A stretch of DNA of 64,000 nucleotides from Patescibacteria group bacterium. GTDB lineage: Bacteria > Patescibacteriota > Microgenomatia > UBA8517. Shown one piece after another: positions 22,266 to 32,718 of the stretch. The DNA is taken from NCBI GenBank assembly GCA_035260845.1, contig DATFUL010000001.1, positions 4,245 to 68,244 of the forward strand, read 5' to 3'. The notes beneath the pieces were generated by a model. It saw nothing but the letters and a program-made list of their open reading frames with translations. It did not search any database and had not been told where the DNA came from. Position 1 is the first letter of the stretch; every line of letters starts with the position of its first letter. The translations under genes and the position numbers were made by a program.

Positions 22266-23330
22266 ATGCCTGCTCTCACCACCCTGCTTCTTAAACTTCC
22301 TCGTAATCAAGATATTACCCCTGAGGCTGCAAAAACATTTCTTTCTGCTTTAACTCAAATCAATTCTGTCTCTACTTTTCAGAGACTACTTGGGACCCGT
22401 CCCCACCCTTTGGCTCTTGAGATTGCTGCTATAAATCAGCAAATACAATTTTTAATAACTTGCGATAACGAACTTGTTCCTTTTGTAAAAACTCAGATTC
22501 AAAGCAGTTACCCACTAGTCATTATTGAAAAGGTAGAAGATCCAATCCTTAGTCGGGATATGGAAATTATCGAATTAAAACTTGCAAAAGGTAGTTATTA
22601 CCCTATTGGTACTTACGATAAATTTGCAGATGTTGACCCAATAAGTTCCACCCTCTCCGTATTGTCAAAGGTAGAACCTACAGAGTTTGCCATTATTCAA
22701 ATATCACTTGAGGGAACACGAGGCGTTTGGCAATCTAAAGCCAATCAGTATGCGGACCGCGGCGTTAAAAATGAAGATGGTAGTTATCAGCCAAGATCGG
22801 ATAAAAACATCATAATCGAGAAAACTTCTTACCCAGGTTTTAAAGTTTCCATACGACTAGCTAGCAGTGCAACCAAAACCGCAAAAGAACTTGTTAATGC
22901 TTTTGGTGTCTTTGCTAGAGCCGACGCCAACTTTTTTAAGAAGAATTCTTCCATTTTTAATTCAGTTAAAGCACTTAATAAGAATATAAAAATAAGAAAA
23001 GTTGTGGGGAATCAGGTTTTGAACATTATGGAACTAGCAACTCTTTGGCATTTGCCTTCCGAAAAAATTAAAGTAACAGGAATAGCTTGGGGAACATCAG
23101 TTCTTTCAGAACCTCCCGACAACCTTCCAAATGCAGTTACTGCTACAGAAGAGGAAAAAATCATATCAATTTTTTTGGTAAAACTATTTTCAAAAACCAC
23201 GATACAATTTTTGGAATCAAAGATATTGATCGCCGCCGGCATATTTGGTCAATTGGTAAAACAGGAACAGGAAAAAGCACCCTTATTGCAAACATGGCAA
23301 TTGACGACATTAAAAAAGGCAAGGGTGTAG
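22266..23330 (+). CDS. N-terminal portion of a HerA/FtsK-superfamily (DUF87-like) ATPase, likely joined to the downstream ORF by a -1 frameshift at a T7 tract
   Basis: Sensible protein sequence continues up to ...TATEEEKIISIF at the T TTT TTG heptamer (23171-23177). Downstream of that point this frame loses conserved motifs, while the -1 frame carries the conserved ATPase sequence. Confidence 0.5.
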   Translation: MPALTTLLLKLPRNQDITPEAAKTFLSALTQINSVSTFQRLLGTRPHPLALEIAAINQQIQFLITCDNELVPFVKTQIQSSYPLVIIEKVEDPILSRDMEIIELKLAKGSYYPIGTYDKFADVDPISSTLSVLSKVEPTEFAIIQISLEGTRGVWQSKANQYADRGVKNEDGSYQPRSDKNIIIEKTSYPGFKVSIRLASSATKTAKELVNAFGVFARADANFFKKNSSIFNSVKALNKNIKIRKVVGNQVLNIMELATLWHLPSEKIKVTGIAWGTSVLSEPPDNLPNAVTATEEEKIISIFLVKLFSKTTIQFLESKILIAAGIFGQLVKQEQEKAPLLQTWQLTTLKKARV

Positions 23331-24403
23331 CCATTATCGACCCTCATGGAGACTTGTGCGATGTAATAATGAACTATATTCCAAAGCACAGAATTAACGA
23401 TGTTATTTATTTTAATCCGGCTGACAAAGACTACCCGATAGTTATCAATCCCTTAGAAGTTACGAATAAAGAAGAGGCTGAGCTTGTTGTTTCCGGAATT
23501 GTTTCGATATTTAATAAAATCTTTGGTTTTTCCTGGGGACCCCGCTTGGAATATATTTTACGAAACGCCCTAACAACCCTAGCCGAAGTCCCAAATTCAA
23601 CTCTTAAAGATGTTTCGCTTCTTTTAACCAATCAAACTTTTAGGACCAGGGTGGAAAATAGCATTAAAGACACAACGATGAAACAATTTTGGCGAGATGA
23701 ATTTGACCAAATGACCGACAAATTAAGACAAGAGGCTATTTCGCCGATTTTAAATAAAGTTGGCCAGTTTGTCACTTCCCCACTCATAAGGTCGGTTATA
23801 GGCCAACCAAAAAGCTCAATCAAACTTGACGACATTATGAACGAAGGAAAAATCCTAATTGCTAACCTGTCACAAGGAAAGCTGGGTGAGGATAACGCTG
23901 CCCTTCTTGGAGCAATGTTAATTACCAAACTCCAGCTTGCTGCTATGCATAGAGTCGACATGAAGGAAGAAGATAGACGGGATTTTTATTTATATGTTGA
24001 CGAGTTCCAAAACTTTGCCACAGGAAGCTTTATTAAAATTATGTCTGAGGCCCGCAAATATCATTTGAATATTATGCTTGCTAACCAATATATGGCCCAA
24101 ATTCCTGAGGAAGTCAGAAAATCAATCCTAGGAAACGCCGGGACAATAATGACTTTGGCTGTTGGAGCAAGCGATGCCGAAATACTATACAAAGAACTTG
24201 CAGAGGTTTTTTCACAAAATGACTTAGTTAATCTAGGTAACCACCAAATTGCTGCCAAAATGACGATTGACGGCAAAACAACAAGGCCATTTTTGGGAGT
24301 CACCCTTCCCCTTGGAACTTCCAATAACCAAAACCGGGATACGGTAATCCAGGTAAGCAGGGAGCGCTGGACACAAAAATTAAACCCTCAAAATAACCCA
24401 TAG
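23087..24403 (+). CDS. HerA/FtsK-like P-loop ATPase domain (DUF87-type); the real N-terminus is probably supplied by the upstream ORF, and the TTG start is an ORF-caller artefact
   Basis: Walker A RRRHIWSIGKTGTGKS and DPHGD (IIDPHGDLCDV). Walker B FYLYVDEFQNF. ARKYHLNIMLANQ ... motif typical of HerA/DUF87 and TraG-D-like ATPases. The first 30 aa of this frame look non-protein-like (CSYCYRRGKNH). Confidence 0.65.
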   Translation: MGNISSFRTSRQPSKCSYCYRRGKNHINFFGKTIFKNHDTIFGIKDIDRRRHIWSIGKTGTGKSTLIANMAIDDIKKGKGVAIIDPHGDLCDVIMNYIPKHRINDVIYFNPADKDYPIVINPLEVTNKEEAELVVSGIVSIFNKIFGFSWGPRLEYILRNALTTLAEVPNSTLKDVSLLLTNQTFRTRVENSIKDTTMKQFWRDEFDQMTDKLRQEAISPILNKVGQFVTSPLIRSVIGQPKSSIKLDDIMNEGKILIANLSQGKLGEDNAALLGAMLITKLQLAAMHRVDMKEEDRRDFYLYVDEFQNFATGSFIKIMSEARKYHLNIMLANQYMAQIPEEVRKSILGNAGTIMTLAVGASDAEILYKELAEVFSQNDLVNLGNHQIAAKMTIDGKTTRPFLGVTLPLGTSNNQNRDTVIQVSRERWTQKLNPQNNP

Positions 24404-24439
24404 TTGAAAAATCCCCAATTTTTGGTATAATTCCGCTAG

Positions 24440-24481
24440 TCCCAAAACATCCCACTTTGCGGGAGGACTTTGGGTTTTTTA
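24440..24481 (+). terminator. Putative Rho-independent terminator after the ATPase gene
   Basis: cccaaaac atccc actttgc gggagg actttggg followed by tttttt. Confidence 0.4.
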
Positions 24482-24640
24482 GCACATTTACAAGAGAAGT
24501 AAGAGTTTGTCTCAGAACCTGTGGGCTCAAAAAATAGAGCCTAGAGGCTCTGAGGCAGACAGAGAAAAAAGGAAGGAAATTAGGGAAGAAATAGTAAGTA
24601 TTGTGAAATTTCAAAAACGTTCAAACAAAAGGAGAACGAA

Positions 24641-25495
24641 ATGAAGAAGTTCGTAAGTTTACTCGTAATAGCGGCCGTTGTGTTTGCAGCTGTGGCGGTA
24701 ATTGTACCAGCCCTTGCAAAGCCAGCCGACCCAGGTGGAAGTGTTTGCGATCAAGACCCGTCATGTGATATTGTTCCCCCCTCAGATTCAGGTACGTGGA
24801 CAGCACCAAGTTCAGTGACTGTATTTTGCGGTAAGTTAGGGAACGACAAAACGTGTTGGGGTCAAGGCACAAACAACGTTGTCAGTGGAGTTGATGGTGC
24901 GTGTTGGGACATGTCAGTAAATGGAAGTATTGTAACTTGGAATAGGTTGTCGACGTCGAACGTTTGCCAAGACCCCTCACATTTTGAAGGATCCTACGGC
25001 AGTTCGTCAACATCAACCACAGTTCCAGATACTCAAGTTCCGAATACGGCAACACAAGTTCCGAATACGGCAACCACAGTTCCAGATACTCAAGTTCCGA
25101 ATACGGCAACACTAGAAAATACTGAAGTTGCCAGTACGGGAACACCGATTAATACTGAGGTTGTTGATAATACATCAACTCCAGTACCAGCAGGTACAGG
25201 AACACCAGTTGTGAATACTCCAACTGATCCAGCTCCGACAGAAGAATCTGCTGTTGATCCAACGTATTGCGACCCTAACGACCACACCATTCACAACACT
25301 GTTGGTAGTATTCCGGATGGAATGCTAAAGGCGGATGACCCTGCCTGTAAACCAGCTGTAGTTGTGACCGAAAATTGGTGCACCGTGCATTTCGGTAAAG
25401 GGTCTTTGATATGGTGTCAGTGGGGAAAGGGAGGAACGGAAAGCCTGTGGGATATCTTTGTTACTAAAGTAACAAAGATGTTTCGTTCCCAGTAG
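24641..25495 (+). CDS. Secreted Cys-rich protein with tandem VP(N/D)T(A/Q)T repeats
   Basis: Strong Shine-Dalgarno sequence AAAGGAGAACGAAATG. Signal peptide MKKFVSLLVIAAVVFAAVAVIVPALA. About 16 Cys residues. 21-nt tandem DNA repeats encode TQVPNTATQVPNTATTVPDTQVPNTAT. Confidence 0.65.
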   Translation: MKKFVSLLVIAAVVFAAVAVIVPALAKPADPGGSVCDQDPSCDIVPPSDSGTWTAPSSVTVFCGKLGNDKTCWGQGTNNVVSGVDGACWDMSVNGSIVTWNRLSTSNVCQDPSHFEGSYGSSSTSTTVPDTQVPNTATQVPNTATTVPDTQVPNTATLENTEVASTGTPINTEVVDNTSTPVPAGTGTPVVNTPTDPAPTEESAVDPTYCDPNDHTIHNTVGSIPDGMLKADDPACKPAVVVTENWCTVHFGKGSLIWCQWGKGGTESLWDIFVTKVTKMFRSQ

Positions 25496-25523
25496 CGTAA
25501 AGAGGAAACAGGGATCTGCCCCC

Positions 25524-26594
25524 TTGTTTCTTCTCGGGATGCCGGGAGACTATCGGTATACCGATACTCCCCCCAACCCCCCCCTAACCCACCCTTTAAA
25601 AAAACTCACTTACTTCTCTTGCCATAATTTGACAACTAATTTTTTTGAAATTAATTGTGAAATTATGGATAGAAAAATAATGTATGCATCAGCTATAGCC
25701 ATTGAATTCTGGCTAGCTTCTTGTGCAAAACAACCAAAACCGATCTTAGCATCTGTAACACCAACGATTGCGCCTCCTGCTGAATTTACACCGACTAAAA
25801 CCGAAACCCCAATGCCAACTGCAACTGAAAGAGCCATAATTACAGTCGATGAACGTTTTAAACTTGGCAACTACGATGCGGCAGTCGATCAATTAACAAT
25901 AAAGGTCGGGAAAGAATTAAGAGATTTACTAGGATATTCACTTCTTGATTCCGGAAAGTTTAGTGTTGATATTCCGCTTGCTATTAAAAGTAATTCATTA
26001 GGTACTGAAGACCAATTCAGAATATTTGATGAAGGATCAAGAAATCGTAACAGTGATGTGGTTATGAAGGCGGCCAATGGCCGTGGTGGAAGCCATCCAA
26101 ACCCTGGCTACATAATCGCGCTTGATGCCTACCCTGGCAAAGAGCCAAAGGGTGTTGCAATTTATACCCACGATGTTCAAACTTTTCCATCCCCAGCCCC
26201 GACTGGTGACCTCGGCCTTGATATTTTGCAATGGGTAAGTAAGCATCCCGATAGAAAAGATGAGGTTAAGGGTAAGACGGCTGAGTTTTCCACCGACAAA
26301 GGTATAAGTTTTGAAGGCGAAATTGTTCATGCTGGTTATGTAAGTCAATATTTTTGGACAGGAGGAGATGGAAAAAATAGCCCATTTAGAACGTTCACAA
26401 GCGGTGACAATATTTTATTTGCAGACTCCGAAGCCCTCGGAATTCCACAAGATGTAGTTAAAGGTCTTGCAGAAGATGAATATTTAATAGTGATTGACAG
26501 TTGTTTAGGAGGAGACCCTGGAGAAACAACTGAAAGTATTAACGAAAATTCCAAAAACAGACTTGTTCTTGTCTTTAAAGTCAAAATAAAATAA
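25524..26594 (+). CDS. Hypothetical lipoprotein; probable true start at the internal Met around 25667-25682
   Basis: Internal MDRKIMYASAIAIEFWLASCAKQ carries a lipobox (LASC). No catalytic motif recognised. Confidence 0.45.
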   Translation: MFLLGMPGDYRYTDTPPNPPLTHPLKKLTYFSCHNLTTNFFEINCEIMDRKIMYASAIAIEFWLASCAKQPKPILASVTPTIAPPAEFTPTKTETPMPTATERAIITVDERFKLGNYDAAVDQLTIKVGKELRDLLGYSLLDSGKFSVDIPLAIKSNSLGTEDQFRIFDEGSRNRNSDVVMKAANGRGGSHPNPGYIIALDAYPGKEPKGVAIYTHDVQTFPSPAPTGDLGLDILQWVSKHPDRKDEVKGKTAEFSTDKGISFEGEIVHAGYVSQYFWTGGDGKNSPFRTFTSGDNILFADSEALGIPQDVVKGLAEDEYLIVIDSCLGGDPGETTESINENSKNRLVLVFKVKIK

Positions 26595-27400
26595 TGTCTG
26601 AAATTACTCCAAAAAAGATTGCCCTTTTTACCTTTGCAGCCGCATTGGGTGTAGCGGCTATTGCCCCAGTTGTTGCTAAAGCCATGGAAATAAATAATGA
26701 CAATAAGCCAAAACTTTTGACACAAGTACCGCCACTAACTTTTACACCTAACCCCACCCAAATTCCTAACGTGCACCAAACAGCATTCCCCACTCCATAT
26801 TTACTTGAAATAAAAGCCAAAATTCCAGTAGACATTCCTTTTTTTTCCCAGCTTGAACCCGTCTATAAGCAGATTTATTTCCAAGATGGAACTTCCTGGA
26901 GTAAGGTGGGTTGTGAAATTTTCGCGGGAGCAATGTTAGATAGAACCACTCCTAAAACCTATTATCAGAATTCATTGGATTACTTTGCCAAGCAGAGAAA
27001 AGACGGCACACAAAGATTTTCTAAAGATGGAAGCAGTTACGAAGATCTTATTGCTGTTTTGACAGACAAAGGTCACACATTTATAGAACTTTCCAAAGGA
27101 AATAACACAAAATTTGAAGATGTTAGGGCTTTAATTAAGAAATATACCGATCATGGTATTCCCGTATTGGTAAGGGGGGCTATTTGGCTTGGAAACGGCA
27201 CCCTAGGACATATGTCGGTTATTGTTGATGTCAATGAAAATGGAGGCTTAGTCTCAAATGACTCAATTTGGGGTAAAAATTACGTAATTGATGAATCAAA
27301 ATATCTTGAGGAAATAAAAAGTAGGGAAAGAGATGTAGACTCTACCAATAGCCTCAAGGTTTTCGCTGTTTACCCACCAACTACAGTTCCTACCCCTTAA
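26594..27400 (+). CDS. Secreted C39-like (papain-fold) cysteine peptidase domain protein
   Basis: Signal peptide. The IPFFSQLEPVYKQ...KVGCEIFAGAMLD segment resembles the VPxxxQ...xCGxAxxAM motif of peptidase_C39-like domains. A downstream candidate catalytic His lies in GTLGHMSVIVDV. Confidence 0.5.
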   Translation: MSEITPKKIALFTFAAALGVAAIAPVVAKAMEINNDNKPKLLTQVPPLTFTPNPTQIPNVHQTAFPTPYLLEIKAKIPVDIPFFSQLEPVYKQIYFQDGTSWSKVGCEIFAGAMLDRTTPKTYYQNSLDYFAKQRKDGTQRFSKDGSSYEDLIAVLTDKGHTFIELSKGNNTKFEDVRALIKKYTDHGIPVLVRGAIWLGNGTLGHMSVIVDVNENGGLVSNDSIWGKNYVIDESKYLEEIKSRERDVDSTNSLKVFAVYPPTTVPTP

Positions 27401-27411
27401 TTTTTCCACTA

Positions 27412-27455
27412 AAAAACCACCCCTTCACGAAGTGTGAATATTGAGGTGGTTTTAA
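27412..27455 (+). terminator. Putative Rho-independent terminator ending the plus-strand cassette, just before the 16S 3' end
   Basis: aaaaaaccacc cttcacgaagtg ... ggtggtttt hairpin with a T-tract. Confidence 0.4.
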
Positions 27456-27657
27456 ACTATGCACAGTATGACTGTCAAAGATTGGTTAACCGGTTAGAAT
27501 TCAATACCACTCCGCACAAAGGCGTCGGGTATTTCGTCTAACTACATGTTTTAGGACTCAAAATATGACTGAAAGCGTTTAAACCCGTTTTATTATTTTG
27601 ACAATTCAAAAAAGTCAAAACGGCGTTCTTAAAAACTGGGTGAAATTATCACTCCTT

Positions 27658-29125
<1,468 letters not shown>

Positions 29126-29363
29126 TAGTGCTAAAAATGGCATTTCAGCCATAGCTAGCGATCCTGCTTCCAGTCATATTTTGAATCCCAATACTGCTAG
29201 TATGGGTCGTTCCAAACTTCGCACAGAGGCTTGGAACACTTTGATTAACCTGAATCTTCGAAAGTAAAAGTACCCACAAATGAAGTTTTTACCCTGAAGG
29301 GAAGTTAACCTCCTACTCGAATATTGGTATTATATCACAGTGGAAAACATGGTCAATCCCAGA

Positions 29364-29555
29364 TCAACTATCCAGTCTAGATTTCATCAATTCTAAATCC
29401 TCAATTGTTGGTCTATCTTGCAATATTCTCACTCTGGCCTGACCTATACGTTTTACCTGGGCGTCCTTCGTTTTATTTCCAATTTGAATCAGCCTCATGG
29501 CATCGTGTATTTCTTGGGCATACTCTGCATCGTTAGGCTTTGGATTTTCAGTCAT
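29364..29555 (-). CDS. Small hypothetical protein (63 aa) upstream of 16S
   Basis: ORF only. Confidence 0.25.
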   Translation of the reverse strand: MTENPKPNDAEYAQEIHDAMRLIQIGNKTKDAQVKRIGQARVRILQDRPTIEDLELMKSRLDS

Positions 29556-29612
29556 GTTGGGAATTATATTCTTTTTGTATAGACTTTCAAACTAAGAAGT
29601 TGACGAATTAAT

Positions 29613-30041
29613 CTATCTCTCCCTCTTTCTAGGCTTGGTTAGGCTAAAAACTATGGAATATGAAGTTAGTACAAAAGCTATTCCCCCCACGATTAACATA
29701 GCTATTGGGATGTTGTAAACAGAAATCAGTTTTTTAGACGTTTCCCAAACTGAAATAGTAAAAATGGGAGTTAAAAGCAGAAAAAGTGTCAAGTCCTCAA
29801 TAGCAACTCCCATAACTTTTTTATTAAGAGTGGTCCTTGGGTTATATTCCCAAATGTAAAATTTGTCCTTTTTGCCCTGTCTTACAGCCCAAATTTCCAA
29901 AATTCCACCTACAAAAAATGTGGCAATTGTTACCATTAAAAGAGCTTTAATATCGAATGAGTGATAAACAAACGAAAGCATAATTATGGAAGGAATAGCC
30001 ATTAAAAGAATGTAAACCGAGAGAAACGAAAATCTCTTCAT
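29613..30041 (-). CDS. Small integral membrane protein (4 predicted TM helices)
   Basis: Hydrophobic helices throughout 142 aa. Confidence 0.4.
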   Translation of the reverse strand: MKRFSFLSVYILLMAIPSIIMLSFVYHSFDIKALLMVTIATFFVGGILEIWAVRQGKKDKFYIWEYNPRTTLNKKVMGVAIEDLTLFLLLTPIFTISVWETSKKLISVYNIPIAMLIVGGIAFVLTSYSIVFSLTKPRKRER

Positions 30042-30078
30042 ATACTTATATTAGCAAATAATATTGAATATTCTTAGA

Positions 30079-30435
30079 TTATCTTGTTTGAAGATCTAAT
30101 ACCGCTTTTCTGATTATACCGATTGAGGTGTCAGGGGAATTGCGGAGATTAACATCTCCCCAATCCTGCAATTGACCAGAAAAAGATATTATCTTTATAT
30201 TTGGAAAGTCCTGCCTTAGTTTTTGAGCTATACCTTTCCCCATACCCTCTCTTGGCATTCGGTCATCAACAATTGCAACAGTTGACCCAACTAAAGAACC
30301 ATCTTCCAACTTTTGCTTAAATTCGATTGCGGAGCTTATACTTGCAACAATTTCATGCTCGCGAGACAGTATACGGCTCAAAAGATCTAGCGTTGGCAAA
30401 TTGTCGTTAATCAATAACAATCTCTCATTATTCAT
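30079..30435 (-). CDS. Stand-alone receiver-domain (CheY-like) protein, degenerate
   Basis: LLLINDN ... VAIVDDRMP ... IISFSG ... IRK spacing resembles the receiver DD/D/T/K positions. Confidence 0.4.
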   Translation of the reverse strand: MNNERLLLINDNLPTLDLLSRILSREHEIVASISSAIEFKQKLEDGSLVGSTVAIVDDRMPREGMGKGIAQKLRQDFPNIKIISFSGQLQDWGDVNLRNSPDTSIGIIRKAVLDLQTR

Positions 30436-30474
30436 ATTTACTTAGGCGAATTCTACTCTGCCATAGTTATAAGT

Positions 30475-30993
30475 TCAAGGTAAAAGCTTTGCCATAAGAA
30501 TTCTACCTTCGTTATCTGGTTCTGAAACTTGCTCAAACCCAACTCTTTTATAGGAATTTATGGCCGGAAGATTATCTTTATTAGTTTCAAGCCAAATACA
30601 TTGATTTTTGATTTTTTTAAAATCCTCCGATCTTTTATACAACCTCATTGCTTCTTCAATAAAATTAGCAGAAAGCCCTTTCCCCCGAGCTTCCCCATAA
30701 ATTCTCACAGCAAATGTTATGCCATACTTACTAGAATCAAATTTATAAATAAACTTTTTTTTCGGTATTTCTTTTTCTCCAAACCAAACAATCCCAAAAA
30801 GATCATTAGAATTATCGCTCAAAATATAGACATTTCTCTCTTTTTTCCATTTCTCGTATGAGGACCTGTTTAAAAACCTCTTTGCATCAGAGGTAAATTT
30901 TCGAATAACAGAATCTGTATTTGAATAATAAATCAACTGATCAATTTGAAGATTACTAATACGCGAAGAAACTCCAAATTTGCCTATTCTCAT
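30475..30993 (-). CDS. GNAT-family N-acetyltransferase
   Basis: AVRIYGEARGKGLSANFIEEAM fits the GNAT motif A (R/Q-x-x-G-x-G/A). Confidence 0.55.
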   Translation of the reverse strand: MRIGKFGVSSRISNLQIDQLIYYSNTDSVIRKFTSDAKRFLNRSSYEKWKKERNVYILSDNSNDLFGIVWFGEKEIPKKKFIYKFDSSKYGITFAVRIYGEARGKGLSANFIEEAMRLYKRSEDFKKIKNQCIWLETNKDNLPAINSYKRVGFEQVSEPDNEGRILMAKLLP

Positions 30994-31011
30994 AGCGGTT
31001 TATTAATAATA

Positions 31012-31392
31012 CTAAAAATACCTTTTCGCAAAACCATCTGCTTCTTTTTCTTGTCTTTTAACCTCTGCCTTACTTTGCACTTTACCAATAGAATTTTTGT
31101 GTCCCAAGAGGGTGTGTCCAATCTCATGGGCAATAGTCCATTCTATTTGTTCTTCATCTTCACGTAATAGTTCGTCAGTTAAAAAAATTAAATATTCTCC
31201 CTTTTTAAGTTCGTCCCCTCTTAAAGTAAACGCCCAACCGTCTTCAAAAGAGCTTACAAACCAGGTTGTTTTGGCTACTTTTAAAATAATTTCTGTTGGA
31301 AAAAATTGGAGAGTTTTGGCAACCATTTTCTTCATATGGCTGTTGCCGATTAGTTTGTGTCCAAAGCGTCTTTCTATCTCTAAAATATTCAC
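31012..31392 (-). CDS. Small Zn-metallopeptidase-like protein (ImmA/IrrE-DUF955-type HExxH)
   Basis: Motif IAHEIGHTLLGH. Confidence 0.5.
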   Translation of the reverse strand: MNILEIERRFGHKLIGNSHMKKMVAKTLQFFPTEIILKVAKTTWFVSSFEDGWAFTLRGDELKKGEYLIFLTDELLREDEEQIEWTIAHEIGHTLLGHKNSIGKVQSKAEVKRQEKEADGFAKRYF

Positions 31393-31881
31393 TTACCCAG
31401 TTCTCCTTGTAAAACCAAAGTCGACTTTGTCTTGTTTTCCTGCCATTTTGACTTTAGCATCTTTACTTAAATCATAAACTGTAACTTTTGCATCCCCTAA
31501 AATAATCTTTTTTACCATATGCCCTAATTCTTTTTGATTTTCAATGTTTTGATCTTCTAAATCCCAAACAGTTAACTTATCGCCTAATTTATTTGTCCCC
31601 ATTAACGCATGGCTATTTTCACCTACCGAAATTCTAAGAATGGGCTCGGTTCTATCTGGAGCCATTATAAAAACGGCTCCGCCATACTCTTCCGACTTGG
31701 TAACATAGAATTTTGAGTTTGCAGAAGTTCCGGTCAATGAAATAAGCCTAGTTTGAAAAGATCTATCAAGAATGGGTTTTTCTATCAAACCACGAACTTC
31801 TTTATCTATTTCCTTAAGTGTAGGAACATACTGTACCTTTGATTCCTTATCGTGGGGGTGCTTCCAAAGAAGATCGATCAT
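31393..31881 (-). CDS. Hypothetical protein (162 aa)
   Basis: ORF only. It abuts the peptidase-like gene. Confidence 0.35.
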   Translation of the reverse strand: MIDLLWKHPHDKESKVQYVPTLKEIDKEVRGLIEKPILDRSFQTRLISLTGTSANSKFYVTKSEEYGGAVFIMAPDRTEPILRISVGENSHALMGTNKLGDKLTVWDLEDQNIENQKELGHMVKKIILGDAKVTVYDLSKDAKVKMAGKQDKVDFGFTRRTG

Positions 31882-31949
31882 TAACTTCGAGGTTACTCTA
31901 GCATTTTTACTTTGTCAACAAATTACAGACAAAGTGTATAATTCTAAGC

Positions 31950-32708
31950 ATGAGAAATAAAAGCACCTCTTGGCAAAAGGTTGCACCTTGGTATAACAAA
32001 GTGACCCGCGGTGGTGAAGGTCATTATTATCATCAGCATGTAGTGATTCCTGGAGTTCTTAAACTTCTCGCTTTATCCCCTGATTCAAATCTTTTAGACC
32101 TTGCTTGTGGTAACGGAGTTTTGGCCAAATCCTTACCCAAAAGTGTTAAATATACAGGTATTGATTTGGCCGATAGTTTGATTAAACATGCCAAGAACGA
32201 AGACAAAAATTATAATCATAAATATATCGTTTCAGATATAACTAAGCCACTAAATTTACCCGAAACTTTCACACACGCAGCAATTATCCTGGCATTACAA
32301 AATATAGAAGATCCCGAAGCAGTCCTAAGAAATGCGTCCAAATTATTAATTGGCAATTGTAAATTAATAATTGTGTTGAACCACCCCATGTTTCGTATCC
32401 CTAGGCAATCTTCTTGGGGAATTGATGAAGCCCGTAAAATTCAATACAGAAGAGTTGATAAATATATGTCCCCTATGGATATACCCATTAGAATGAATCC
32501 AAGTGACCCACAGAGCGAGCAAACAACGAGCTACCACTTCCCCCTTTCTGATTACTCAAAGATGCTTAAATCGGCAGGTTTTGTAATTGAATTAATTGAA
32601 GAGTGGACAAGTGATAAAGAAAGTGTGGGCAGGGCCGGAAGAATGGAAAATAGAAGTAGAAACGAAATCCCCTTATTTATGGCAATCAAAGCCTCAAAAA
32701 CAATTTAA
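31950..32708 (+). CDS. Class I SAM-dependent methyltransferase
   Basis: Motif I LLDLACGNGVLA and an acidic motif II (YTGIDLAD). Confidence 0.65.
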   Translation: MRNKSTSWQKVAPWYNKVTRGGEGHYYHQHVVIPGVLKLLALSPDSNLLDLACGNGVLAKSLPKSVKYTGIDLADSLIKHAKNEDKNYNHKYIVSDITKPLNLPETFTHAAIILALQNIEDPEAVLRNASKLLIGNCKLIIVLNHPMFRIPRQSSWGIDEARKIQYRRVDKYMSPMDIPIRMNPSDPQSEQTTSYHFPLSDYSKMLKSAGFVIELIEEWTSDKESVGRAGRMENRSRNEIPLFMAIKASKTI

Positions 32709-32718
32709 TATAGCGACT

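Noticed and set aside
23087-23192. TTG-initiated N-terminus (MGNISSFRTSRQPSKCSYCYRRGKNH) of the ATPase ORF as real protein
   Set aside because: The composition is non-protein-like and it overlaps a better-looking frame. Better explained by a frameshift than by an independent start.
24882-25290. Minus-strand ORFs 24882-25145 and 25090-25290
   Set aside because: Antisense to the tandem-repeat region of the secreted Cys-rich protein gene, which has a strong SD and signal peptide. Repeat-driven open frames.
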